From positions 748,435-812,434 of the forward strand of contig NW_008805072.1 in NCBI RefSeq assembly GCF_000004825.1: DNA of 64,000 bases, read 5' to 3'. Shown in pieces: positions 13,091-25,688 of the stretch. Origin of the DNA: Heterostelium pallidum (taxonomy: Eukaryota). The notes under the pieces were generated by a model, which saw only the letters and a list, made by a program, of their open reading frames with translations, ran no database searches and was not told the origin of the DNA. Every line of letters begins with the position of its first letter. Within the stretch, counting starts at the first letter, position 1. The position numbers were made by a program, and so were the translations under genes.

Positions 13091-16000
13091 TTATAATAAT
13101 ATACATAGAGTTAAAATGAAAATTAAAGAAAGTAGTGGAGTTGAAATTATTAGTTTAGTGGAAGCATTGATGTCATTGGTACCTTTAGCACATAGTGAAC
13201 CATTTCCACCACATATACCACATGAGTCATATTCTAGCTCTGGTGATCCATTGCAACCACCACGTGTTGCGTACTCCATCTTGGCGTAGGTTCCAGTTCC
13301 GTAGGCGGCACCCGAGCAGTCACCGGTGTTCGTTCCCATACCGGATCCGGAAGCGACAATATTTAGAGATTCACAACCCTCGAGTGGACAATACTGTGTC
13401 CAGGGTCGTGCATTCAGCTGTGTGAATCTGAGGAATAGTAAACCGGTTCTCTGGTCGTAGTACCATGTATTTCCTTGGACATCGTTGTTGACATCGGCGA
13501 TAGAGTTTCCTTGTGTCATGTTGGTGACAACGGTATGCCAACCGTAGACCAAGTTTCGCTGGACGACAAAGTTTACTCCCCACGTTGGATAGCATACTCC
13601 GACGACAATGGTATCGCCCTGATCGAAATTGGTCATCTGTAGACGCAGCTGAGGTGGCGATGGGTGCGAGAAATGCATGGTGTACGTACGGCCTATCATG
13701 ACCAGTGGCATAAACACATTGGTTGGGTTGGAGTTGGGAACACCCGCTAGAGTGTGTCGGTAGAAGCTGTATTGGTCACGAATCATCGTTACTCCAGCCA
13801 CGCCATTCGGGAATCGAGTTGCAGCGATATTCATATTGTAGATGTACAAAGATGCCATCTTCTCGTAGCAAACACTCATGTTCCACGACTGATTGGGAAT
13901 GCATCGTGGTGAGTAAAAGTATGGATTGTTATGTATGACAGCTGCTCCAGCCGTTCCGGTGACCGATCCATCAATGTCCAGGAACACTTCATTCTTGGAA
14001 CCGTCGTTATCGGCAATGAGCGTGAGAACTCGTGTGTTGGTATTCTGGAAAGTAAGCCCTTGGAATTTGTTCTTTGGGTTGAAATACCAGTCGTCGTAGA
14101 GTACCCATCCGATGGCAGACATGTTTCTGACACCGTCCGAGTTGAAATTGATAAACGTTGACCAAGCGCAGTTGATAGGACCGTCGTATAGCTCGATTCC
14201 ACGTTGGGTGAACTCTTGCCAAGCAGCGATGGTTCTACCTTTGTACATGTTGATTCCGTTGTAACTCATTCCGAGATTGCCAGACTCTGCGACGAACAAA
14301 CTGCCTATCATATTCTGAGAGCTACCGGGATCCGCAGGCATCACACCTTCCTGTGCCAGAGTAGCACTGATAGCGTTATCGGCAAACTGACAGTCAATGA
14401 AGAACAGTTCACCACCACGAGCCCATAGTCCTCTCCATTTGTTCTTGTAGGATACAAATCGATAAAAGTATGCTGGTGCAATGGCAGAGTCTTGATCCAA
14501 TGGGTTTACACGAGGTTTATAACGAGCGTATGTCATACTCATATATTGATTTGGATTGGCGGCACTTGGTTGAACCACTTGATGACTTTGATCTACATTC
14601 ATTCCAGTGTCTGCATTGGAGTGAGCTTTGTTATTGTAGAATGTTCCAATGGTTGTATAGGATGGTGATATATATGGATATAATGGTTGTGATAATCCAG
14701 ATGGATGTGGAGGGAATAGATACCAAAAACCAACCTATTGTTAATTTAGAGAGTCAATTTAAATTGCTAGTTAGTTAGAGATAACAATTTGAAAAACAAT
14801 TAATTGTATACATACAAAAGCACTACCACCAGCAATGTTGTTTCTCAAAACATTGTTTGGATTGGTTACCCAGAAAGTTGCGGTTGCTTTACATTCACTG
14901 CAAGAAGTTGGATTTCCATTGAAATCTTTTGGTGTTAGGTATAAACATAGATCGCAATCTCTATCGGATGGAAGTAGGTATCCAGTTCTCGTAAGCAGAC
15001 CAACGTTGGAGTCTAGGTAGTTTCTTTGTTCAGAGCCATCCTCAAAGAAATAGCAATGTCCAATGTGGTCGAATGCAAAGTTGTTGACTGCGATAAGACC
15101 ACTGGTTCCATGAATGGTAAGACAACGTGAGAGTGTATGATGAATGGAATTGTCTTTGACAAAGGTTGGCCAAGAAGCATAGACACCAGTATCAACGTCA
15201 CCACACATATGGAAATGAATTGGATAGTATCCAAGATTGTAGGTTTGACCCATCTTGTAGAGTTCAACACCTTGGATGTGAACGGAGCTAAAGTTTTGAA
15301 TGACCTTGATGTGACCGCCCAGAGTATCGAAATTAAAGAACTGACAGAGGGAGCCTCCATTGCAGGTGTCGGACATTCTACCTTGAATCTTTATAGTTTT
15401 CGAGAGCAAACCGACTTCAGCACGTTCGTCGATTCCATAGGTAATCTCACCATAGTGATACCACTGCACCGGTTGCTTCAGCAGAATTTGATTGGAGGAG
15501 CAGTTTGCGCACGCCATAATCTCATTCTCTTCGGATTGAGTGTAATCGAAATCGGTTGCACCAATAGCAATTTTCGATCCAACTGGCCATTTAGAGGCAT
15601 CGGCATTCAAGTTCAACAATCTATCTCCAGGCTTAATTGTCTTTGTTAAAAATAGCCAACTTGGAATTGGATAACTCATAATACCATGTAACTCTAATCT
15701 ACCACCTGGCAAAACACCAATATATTTTTTTAACATATCATATTTTGCTTCAGAATATCCTTCATCTTGAGATATTAAAATAATTGTAATTATAAAAAAC
15801 AATGTTAGAGAAAAAAAAATCTTCTATTTTTAAAACTGTTATAAAATTAATTAAATTATACTTACTATCTGATCCAATTAGAGTAATGGTTGCAGAACCA
15901 TTGAATCTACATCGATCATCACCAATATCCATTCTTCCTTCGATTAGAATACCACCAGTAATTAGTTCGACAGGATTTGCAGAGGAAAATACAAGTTGGG

Positions 16001-16277
16001 CACCCGATTGGATCCACACTTGGGTTAGGTTGGGTGTGATGATATCCAACAATACTTTCATGCCGGTTTTTATTTGTACAAAATCACCATTACCTGGAAG
16101 ATTGCCTCCCCATGTCGATCTACTACTCCATTTTTGAAGGCTTGGATCTGAATCCGGACCTTTACATGGTGACGATTGAGATTTTACTGGAATGGGGGAT
16201 AAAAACAACAGAACCAACAAATACACTAAAAAGGATGACTTTAAACCTTTTGTGTATTTGGAATCTTTAAAGACCAT
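13091..16277 (-). CDS. Secreted or GPI-anchored G8-domain protein of the CEMIP/TMEM2-like family with right-handed beta-helix repeats. 3 exons.
   Basis: The N-terminus at 16277 has a signal peptide (MVFKDSKYTKGLKSSFLVYLLVLLFLSPIPVKS) followed by a G8 domain (WSSRSTWGGNLPGNGDFVQIKTGMKVLLD...GGILIEGRMDIG). Exons 15..14.7 kb and 14.6..13.1 kb continue it with PbH1-like repeats. The C-terminus is Gly/Cys-rich and ends in a hydrophobic tail (STKLIISTPLLSLIFILTLCILL), consistent with a GPI signal. Confidence 0.7.
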
Positions 16278-18198
16278 TATTTTCTATTAGATTTCTAGAA
16301 AATAAATAAATATTACAAAAATAATGTTACAAAATTGAAATTAAAAAAAAAAAACAGTTAATATATTCTGATAATTAGAATGTATTATATGAAACAGTTA
16401 ACAGTTGTAAACATCATTTAAACAATTTTTAAATTTGATTTTAAATCAAAAATCCTCTACTTTCGATTGTTGAACATTGACTGCCAACTTTAATAAATTC
16501 AATTGACCAGTCGCGTTTATAATAAATTATTTTTAAAGAAAGTGGGTTTTTGAGTAAATCTTGAAATCAAATAGTATTTTCTGACAATTTTCATTTTCAA
16601 TTCTGAATGTTATATTGTTTAATCACAGAGTGAATCCAAAGATGATGTTTAGACGAAAAAAAAATGAAGATTTATACATACATGAAATATAATAAATATG
16701 ATAAGGAAATAATAATTTTTTTTTTAAAAAAAAAAATAGAGATTTAAAAATCTCTTTTATCTATATTATGATTTTGTTTATAATAATTTAAACTATTTGA
16801 TCAATATGTATGAAATTGACTTTTGCTATCGATATTTATATTTGGTATAGATTATTAAATTGTAATTTAAAAAATTATTATTATTATTTTTTTGTTATAT
16901 TTGTGTAACTTTGACAGTTACAAATTTAGTTGGACTAAAAATTAAGAATTATTTTAAAATAATGAAATAATAAAGTGTATTATAATTTCAGAATTTTTTG
17001 AAACAGTCCGGTATATGGAAATGGTGTAATACAGGGTTCAAAAATAATATTCCTAAAGATTGTCCTTACCTCTTGTATGGTCTGGGTGGAGTCCACTTAC
17101 CTTTAGAACAGAACTTAATTTCATATTCGATTTATCTTATTCTGATAAAATCGGTTCCAAGAGATTAAATCTCTTAATTTAAAAAAGTATCACTTCAAAT
17201 TTTTTGGATTTTTTTTTTAAAAAAAAAACAATGAAAATTCACCACACTTTAAAAAAAAAAAAAATGGTTGGTCCAATATGTTTAAAAACTATTTAGATTA
17301 ATTATTTTTTGTAAAAGAAAAATATAAACCTTTGCTTTTGATTTTCAATTAAAAAGATATAGTTTTTATAAAACATCTAAATCCTATTTTTCGACTCCAC
17401 ATTTATTTCAAATAAAGTCCAATATATAGTTGCAACGTCGTCTGATCATTTTAAAATTGTTTAAACTCAAATTAAATTTTTAATATATCTTTTTTTTTTT
17501 AAAAGGTATCTTCTTTAAAAACATATAAATTGAGGAGATGGTTTAGTTCGTTATAACGGTTTTTGATTGTTGAAGTAACTAAATTTAGATTATCCCTTTT
17601 GGTTGGTTGTACTTATCGTTTGTACTTTGTAGTTTCATCATTTTCTTGCAAACTAAGAAAATATCAATTATTATTTTGATATTAAAACCAATATTAATAT
17701 TATTTTGGTGTAGTTAGATGTTCTGATTAATTATTATTATTTTAGTTTTTAGAAAATTTTTTGTTTTTTTTTTTTTATAATCGTTTATTTTATTTTATTT
17801 TTTTTTGGTTTGGCGAAGTGGATTAATATCATAGCAATATGCTTTGATTAAATATTGGATGAAGGGTGGTGCGATGAGTTGGATGAATGATGGGCACTGA
17901 AGGGAGGAAGATTTGATTTGTTGGATGTGGATGTTTTTTGGGGTATTATTATTATTATTAGGTGGTGATGGTGGTGGTGGATTGTTGAGATTCTATAATT
18001 CCTGTTGATACTACTATATTATACAAAAATATGACGGATCAAGGATTGTTGTTTAAAAAAGAAACAGAAAAATGAAGAAGAAGAGTTGGTGGTGAAGTGA
18101 ACCTATTTGGTGAATGATTTTTAGTTTGGTTTTTTTTTTTTTTTTTTAATAGGCTTGGGGATGAGGATAATAATAATACAGATGATTGAGTTGGGTTT

Positions 18199-19865
18199 TT
18201 AGTTTCTCTCTTTCTTGAAGTTGACCTTAAGCTTCTTTCCTTCAATTGCAAAACCATTCAAATCATTGATAGCATTGAGAGCTGATTGTGGGTTGTCATA
18301 AGTAACAAAACCTAAATAGAAAAAAGATAATGATTGATATGAGTTTATAAACATGATAATTGTGATTCAATAATATTAATAATAATTACCAAAGCATTTA
18401 GATTGATTAGTAGCTTTATCAATAAAGACTTTAGCACTGATAACATTTCCGTAGGTTTGGAACAACATCTTGAGTTCCAAATCTCCATAGTTTTGTGGCA
18501 AATAGTAAATAAACAAATCACTTGATTCTTGTTGAACTATATATAAAAAAAAGAGATTATAAAAGATTAGTATTCAATTCGTTGGTTGGTTGGTATATCA
18601 TATGTTGTCATCTATTTACATTCGTTGTATTGTTGATTCATTTGATAAACATTGGTGGCTAAAAATTGAAAATTAATATATTAATACAACTACTAAACAT
18701 TGATTGTTGTTGTTGTTGTTGCAACACCATCATCTGAAAGAAACATACATCTTGGTTGATAACGTTGGAATGGATTGTTGTTAACTTGGTGTTGGTGCAT
18801 ATTCATGTTATCATAATACATTGGGAATTGTTGTTGCTGAAATTAAAAAAAAAACAATATATATATATATATAAAGATATCAATAAGAATTAGTAATTGC
18901 TTGTTTTTGCATTATAATTTGTTTTGTACATACATTTGGTTGTTGATAAAAGTTGTTTCCTCCACCACCCCATGTATTTTGTGGTTGAGTTTGTGTGTTC
19001 ATCAATTGCTTCTTACGCTTTTGTCTTTCGGTGTCAGCAAACTTGACAATGAGTGGGATGGATGAACCCTATGATTAAATAACAAGTTGTAAAATGAACA
19101 ATTAGCTTTGTTTTGATTTGTTTTGTTTTGTCTAATTTAATTATGATAGTTACAGCAAAAGTGTGTTTTCCATCTAATTCTCTGATGGCATCCTCGGCTT
19201 CTTCTCTTGCAGAGAATTTGATGAAACCGTATCCCTTTGGACGTCCTTCCTTCTCACGGACGATAGTTAACTCTTCGATTGCACCGTACTTGCCAAAGAC
19301 ACTGGTAACAGTATCTTCATCGGCGGAACCCAACATTCCGATGAAAAGCTTTCTCTCCATCTTTTCAATTTCATTGTCAGAGTATTTGACTTGGAGTGGC
19401 TTGGTTACATCTCCAAGGAATTGATTGCTTGAGTTGACAGTGTTGATGGCGAGATCTGCTTCTTCCTTTGTTGAGAAACTAATGAATGCGCATCCTATTT
19501 AAATTTACATTTGATAACAATTATTAATCACTTATTCACTTGTTGTTGTTGTTGTCTCTGTACTAATCTATTTTCAATCTATTTCTATTCTGCTGTGTAC
19601 AAGACAAATGCTTGGATCCAAATGTTATTATCCAACTATCCATTCCCATATCCTAATCCTCGTACTATCTCTCACTTATCTTTGTTTTATTACCTTTTGG
19701 AACATTGGTACGCTTGTCTTTAATGATAGAAATATTCAAAATATTTCCAAACTTTTCAAAGATTCCAGAGAGTTCCTCCTCTTTGAAAGAGAGGGGGATA
19801 TGACCTACAAATACCTTGAATCCAATATTCTGTTGTGGTTGTTGAATAGATTGCATAATTACCAA
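18199..19865 (-). CDS. CELF/Bruno-like RNA-binding protein with three RRMs. About 7 exons.
   Basis: RRM1 is [54 protein letters not shown], split by a GTAATA...TAG intron. RRM2 is [57 protein letters not shown] Gln/Asn/Met-rich linker spans several short exons. RRM3 is [63 protein letters not shown]...[12 protein letters not shown], with the stop at 18199-18201. RNP1/RNP2 consensus is present in all three. Confidence 0.75.
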
Positions 19866-21082
19866 TGTATTTGTTTAATTATTATAAAAAACGATTTGAT
19901 ATGATTTAAAAAATAACTGAAAAATAAAAAAAAGTATCTAAAAAAAGTAAACACATGTTAGAATTGAAATGTTACTTATTTTTTAAATAAAAAAAAAAAC
20001 TTTTTAATTAAAATTTACTCTTTTTTTTTTTTGTAGTATTTGGTAGTTAGTTATTGTAAAATCTAAATAATGTAATCTCTATCTTATTCTTATTATTATT
20101 ATTATTCTAATATTATGTTATTTTATTTATTTATTTATTTATTATTGTTTTTTTTTTTTATGTTCACCAACAAAAATATCTGATATCTATGAAATATTTT
20201 TATTTTTTTTTTATTTTTTTTCTAAATAACAGCTGTAATATTTAAAACAAAAACAAAACACACAGAAAAACAAAAAACAAAACAAAAAAGAAAAAAGAAA
20301 TATATATAAAACAAAAACAAAAAGATTAAATATAAAAATAAATATATATAACTATAAAAAAAGATAGATAAATAGTTAAAATAAGATACCCAACAAAGGA
20401 ACTGTATGGTTGTTTGGCTTTTATTGCTCTATTGTGTGAGTAATTTTATTTTTATTTTTTTTCTAATTTTTTTCATTTCACACATCATGAAGATATGATT
20501 ATTAACACACTTCCTTTTTGTTTTAATTTTTTTTAAATTAAAAATTGATATTTTTTTTTGTCAAAATTGTGGGGTGTGAACTAACTCAACTCTGATCTTT
20601 TTTTTTTTTTTCCATTCAATTTTTTTTATATGTTCTTTCGTTTCATTAGACCTGGTTGTTTTAATATTAGACTCTTTTTTTTCGTTTCAAAATGATTTGG
20701 TTTCATGTCCAGATTATTCATTCGACTTTTAGCATACGATTTTTATTTTTGATGCATTTAATCAATTAGATTTGCTGCTCTGCAAATAATAATAGCATTA
20801 ATCATAATTGAATCTATCATATATATATAATTATATTTAAGTATAGTGTTTCATTTTTTTATTTATTTATTTGAAGTTAATGCAGAAATTTGGTAAAATC
20901 AAATAATACTTTCACATTTGTTACAAAATTTTAGCTGGAAAGTACCTAGGTCTACAAAATTCTTTAGTTTTATAAGGTGATAGAATTATTTTTGAATTTG
21001 GTAAAGTTTCAATCAAAATTTTGAATTTTAATTTTGAACTTGTAATAAAATTTTATTTTGGTTTCTTTTCCTCACCAAAATC

Positions 21083-21155
21083 GCCCAGTTAGCTCAGTCG
21101 GTAGAGCGCAAGGCTTTTAACCTTGTGGTCGGGGGTTCGAGCCCCCCATTGGGCG
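21083..21155 (+). tRNA. tRNA-Lys (anticodon UUU)
   Basis: 73-nt cloverleaf. Acceptor GCCCAGT/ATTGGGC, D arm GCTC-AGTCGGTA-GAGC, anticodon stem CAAGG/CCTTG with loop CTTTTAA, T arm GGGGG-TTCGAGC-CCCCC. The B box GGTTCGAGCCC is present. A T5 run follows at 21161-21165. Confidence 0.85.
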
Positions 21156-21160
21156 GATAA

Positions 21161-21165
21161 TTTTT
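21161..21165 (+). terminator. RNA polymerase III terminator (T5) for tRNA-Lys
   Basis: TTTTT begins 6 nt after the tRNA 3' end. Confidence 0.6.
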
Positions 21166-23172
21166 CCCTGAGATCGATCAATGGTGGTTCCGCATGCGGT
21201 TGGTTACTTGTTTTTTTTTGAAAATCACCATACTTAATGACCTATTTATATGTTTTACATAGCTTATACTTATATTATCATTGGTTGTGTGTTGTGCTTT
21301 GTGTTGTGTGTTGAGTCAAAATGTTACCATACTCTAGTTTATTATATTTTCTGTTTAAAAAAAGCACATTCATCGACCAAGAAATACAAAAACACAGTAA
21401 GAAAGTCGACCATTGTCGTGCAGTGGCACCTCACACTGAGATATCCAGCATAGGAACGATATCTAACATGTATGTTAAGGTATGTAAATTCAATAGATCA
21501 CCGTTGTCACAGTCAGATTCTTTAATAGTGCGCTGATATCGATGTCATGGTTGGAGATACATGTATGAATCATTCGATCGCGTCACTACACCTTTGACTG
21601 ATGATGTCAATTCCAACTATAATTTCCACCAACCAAATGCTACTACACATCTGATTACAACATCTTCATCTATGGTCGCGTATAAAGCACTGTGCATCGT
21701 GGAGACACCATCTTCCGGTTCCTGCAACAAAAACAAAGAATTCATCGAGCTGTTCTGTGCTTCCACGTACAGATTGTATCTCAACTCCATTCCTGAATGC
21801 TTACAACCATATATCAGGTAGATTCGATTGTACTAGTTTGTCAGAAGAAAAGACAGCATACTACTCACTTCGAATGCACTGGTCGCTTTAATCCAATCTA
21901 GAAGTTCTTTTGTAAGTATAGGTACTTTGGTGGAACTCTCTCTAATATAAAACGATTATATCAATAAATGAATACAAGATACACCTGTCAGTCAGAAAGT
22001 TAATTATAAATAAAAGTATCAACAACTTATAATCCAAACTAATATAACAAATAAACATACAACTGCAAGTCAATATTTCTTCTTCTTTACATTTCATTTT
22101 AACTATTCTACCTCACACTGTTCTCTATCATTCGAATTTAATCTCATTAACTTTAAATCTATAAAAATAATAACAATAATAATAATGATCGCAAAAAGTA
22201 AAAACTAAGGGAATGAGTAAAAAACAAAAAAAAGATCAAAATTATTCCAAAATAGAACATGTCAGTTCCCAGAAATTAAGATAGATTATCGCAGTTAGGT
22301 TTGCTGATACACTATGATTTTTCAGATGACAAACGAGTAAATTTACTGATCTAAACGTAAAAAATCTACTAACAAGATAATAAACTTATTTCTCTCTATT
22401 TTTGACTTCCTTTCTTATTGTGAATGCATTAGAAATCACATACGTAAACTTAGTCTTTGAGTTACAATCACCCAATGCTATTTAAATATTTTTATTTTTT
22501 AATAACAAAACTTTAAAATACTATAAATGCTACAACTGTCATTTAAAATAGAATCATTTAATACAGTATGTATTTATTTTTGCCTGTTATTGCCAAATTG
22601 TATGATTAATTAATTTAATTTCAATATATATATATATATATATATAAATTAAATTAGAATCAATCTCCAACTTGTTTTCATCAATATCATCAAACAAAAT
22701 GGTTTCAAAACAGAACTTTCTCCAAGATTGCTAGATATGAAGACTCCTTTTTACTGTTACACACATTGTTACAACATAATTGTTTTTTTTGTTTAAATAA
22801 TTTATTAAATAAAAAGTTATGGAATTTAAATAGATAGTAGAGATTTATTTATTTGTACAAGAAAACCTTATGACACATCCATCACAAAGTTTCAGCAATT
22901 CCTAATTGCAGTTTACCAATAGATTTGAATACTAAAAACTTTAATTTAAAATAAAAATTTGAAAAAAAAAATATGCATTCTAAACAACTCCCTCCCTCAT
23001 TAAATGCAAAACCAACGGATATATTAATTTATTTTTTAAAAAAAAAACAGACAACACAAACAGATCTAAATTTATATTGTTTTTACATTTTTTTGTATTA
23101 GATTTATTATAATATATATATTATATAAATAAACATTAAATTATTTCAAAGCTAGCTTAGTTTGCTATTAGA

Positions 23173-25669
23173 TTGTACTATGAAAAGATGACGGTATTCA
23201 ATGAAAATGTTAAATGTTTGTTGGAGCAAATAACAAAACAATATGAATATCTCTCGAGTCTTGCACATTTAGATCTGGTTGGTGATATCTTCCCCACCAT
23301 TAGAAACTACTTGGTTCTCAATCTAGATGTACAGAGAGAACTACTCATCACACTACATTTTCCCGATGATACCATGCTGGTAAATCATCAGAACAACAGA
23401 CATTTAAATGATCTATTGACAACTCATAATTTATTTAAACCAAAAAATGATAACAATAACAGCAATAACAATAATAACAATAATAACAATAATAATAACA
23501 ATAGCAATAATAATAATAGAAGTTTTAGTGTTCCTGTTTTAGGTTATTCAAATAATAATAATACATCATCATCAATTCATCAAAGATCTTCATCTTTAGG
23601 ACTATCTTCTAGTGTACCCACAACTACAACCACTACCACTACAACTACAACAACAAACTATGGCAGTCAAAGAAATAATAGTAATTTCAGTAATATATCT
23701 GGTATTAGTTCGATGAATTTAAATTCATCTACTGGTGGTAGCAGCAGTATTAGTATCAGTAGTAGTGGTGGTGGTGGTGGTAGCAGTAGCAATGGCAGCA
23801 TTACAAAGGTGGATTTCGATCCAGATGATTTCCTTGACTCACCGCCTAAACCAATGGAGCCAGCACTTCCTCCACCTCCCACCGGACCAAGAACAAAGAA
23901 ATCTGCATCTACAACAACCTCTACAACATCTATTTCCACTTCCACTTCCTCTTCAGACTTATCATCCAACGATAGTATAGCAACTACGATTGCAACCAAT
24001 CACAATTCAACTTCTAAAGGTGCCGCTTCTGCTGCTGCTACTACTGCCGCTGTAAAATTTGAGCATCCACTGCTAACGACACCACCTCCACCATACACCG
24101 AAAGAGAACCTCTGCCAGAGAACTATAGAGATTGCTATGATGAAGATCATTTCAACGAATTAAAGTATGATTACAGATTACCCGCTTCTGAATTCTACCC
24201 AGAGCAGAAGCATAAATGTAAAAAGTGTGTTGGCAGACGACAGAAAGAAAAGAAAGAGCAGAATAGGCGAAAGAAAGAGGCAGAAGAGCAATTGCATTCC
24301 ACCACCACCACTTCAAATCTATCAGAGACATCGCAGTCGACACAAACTAACCCAGCAACAACCACTCAATCTTTTAGTTATACTGCACCTGCACCTACAC
24401 CTACAACTGCACCGCCAACATCATCACAATCATCTACATCAACATCTTCCTATCCACTTACACCAGATAAAACACCAAAGAAACGATCTCACACTGAACC
24501 ACTAAGCGAGCCTGGATCATTGCTATTTTTAGATTCATTGGAGCAACAGGAAAATGTATTTGAGAGTGTCACTTTTGTGCCGACAAACGACCAAAAAGAT
24601 GAGCACAACGGTGCAAGAAAAAAGAAATTTATGCAAAAACCACTTCAAGTAAGGTCATTCAACGATACAACATATTTAAATGAAATTTGAATAACTAACT
24701 AATGAACTAATTTTTCTTTTCTTTCTATTTTTGTGTAGCACCAAACACAAAAGATATTCAGAGCGAAAACTGAAAAGATTGCAGTTTTGGCAAGAGAGCC
24801 AACCAATTACAGTGAGCCATACAAAAGATTTACTGTTAAAGGAACAACTGAAAATTATACAGTTACAGTAAGTATATTTATGATTATACTTTATAATTAA
24901 ATGATTTCTAATATAATTTTAATAGATTGCACAAATACCAATTTGTACATGTATGGATTATCAAAAAGGAAATGAGTATTGCAAACATATAGCATTTGCA
25001 TTGTTAGGCCCGTGTCAATGTCCTGAAGATTCTTATATTCTCTATCAAAAAGCTTTCACAATACCTGAATTGAAAGTTTTATTAACCTCTGAAGTATATA
25101 TATTTAATCATAAAAATGAAAGATATTGATGAATTCAATTTGTATTAACTATTTTAACTTTTAAATAGAAAAACACAGCTGCTACAGTACCTGGTGTTAG
25201 AGATGATCCTGTTGGAAAGTATGGACCATACATACCAATACCTGGTACTGCACCAACAACAACACCAAAGAAGAGTCACAAGAAATCAAAGACTCTAGCT
25301 TCACTGACACCAAGTCAATCTACTTCTACATTAACACCAAGTCAATCTACCTCTTCATTGCAACCATTGGTGATGACACCGAAACATCTTGAACATACAG
25401 CAGCACTACAATCCAAATATTTAGATTCAATTGAAAAGGCAAAGTTGGAAGTACATGCAGTGGATACACCAACACCTGTAAAATCAACGAAATCCTTTAA
25501 CAACACACCAATACAAATCTCTCCAAACTCACCTTCAAAACAACATTTTTCAAAAACCTATACATTTGGTAATATTAAACAACTAAATATTTATTTAATA
25601 ATACACACCAGTAAACTAACTTTTTTTATTTCAGTTGATTTAGAAGCATCTTTAGATGATGATCGTTAA
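23173..25669 (+). CDS. SWIM-type zinc-finger protein with long Asn/Ser/Thr-rich low-complexity regions. About 5 exons.
   Basis: Exon 1 is a 505-aa ORF holding poly-N, poly-T and poly-S tracts plus a basic Lys/Arg/Glu stretch (KCKKCVGRRQKEKKEQNRRKKEAEEQ). Short exons follow with GTAAGT...TAG introns. One of them encodes ENYTVTIAQIPICTCMDYQKGNEYCKHIAFALLGP, which fits the SWIM CxCxnCxH signature. The last exon ends LEASLDDDR at 25669. Confidence 0.6.
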
Positions 25670-25688
25670 ATAAAAACAATGTTTTAAA

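Noticed and set aside
13195-14428. Multiple 70-110 aa ORFs on both strands
   Set aside because: They are alternate frames within exon 3 of the G8-domain gene, with no independent support.
16960-17110. Possible small ncRNA (CCTTACCTCTTGTATGGTCTGGGTGGAGTCCACTTACC)
   Set aside because: It superficially resembles the CCTTAC-containing Dictyostelium class I RNA motif, but lacks the full 11-nt motif, the terminal stem and an upstream DUSE element. I did not call it.
18039-18257. 72-aa minus-strand ORF ([10 protein letters not shown]...)
   Set aside because: It is a different frame overlapping the last CELF exon and 3' UTR. The RRM3 frame is the supported one.
21561-21821. 86-aa ORF downstream of tRNA-Lys
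   Set aside because: It is isolated, has no start context or homology, and sits in a block that looks like a decayed repeat. It is more likely a chance ORF than a gene.
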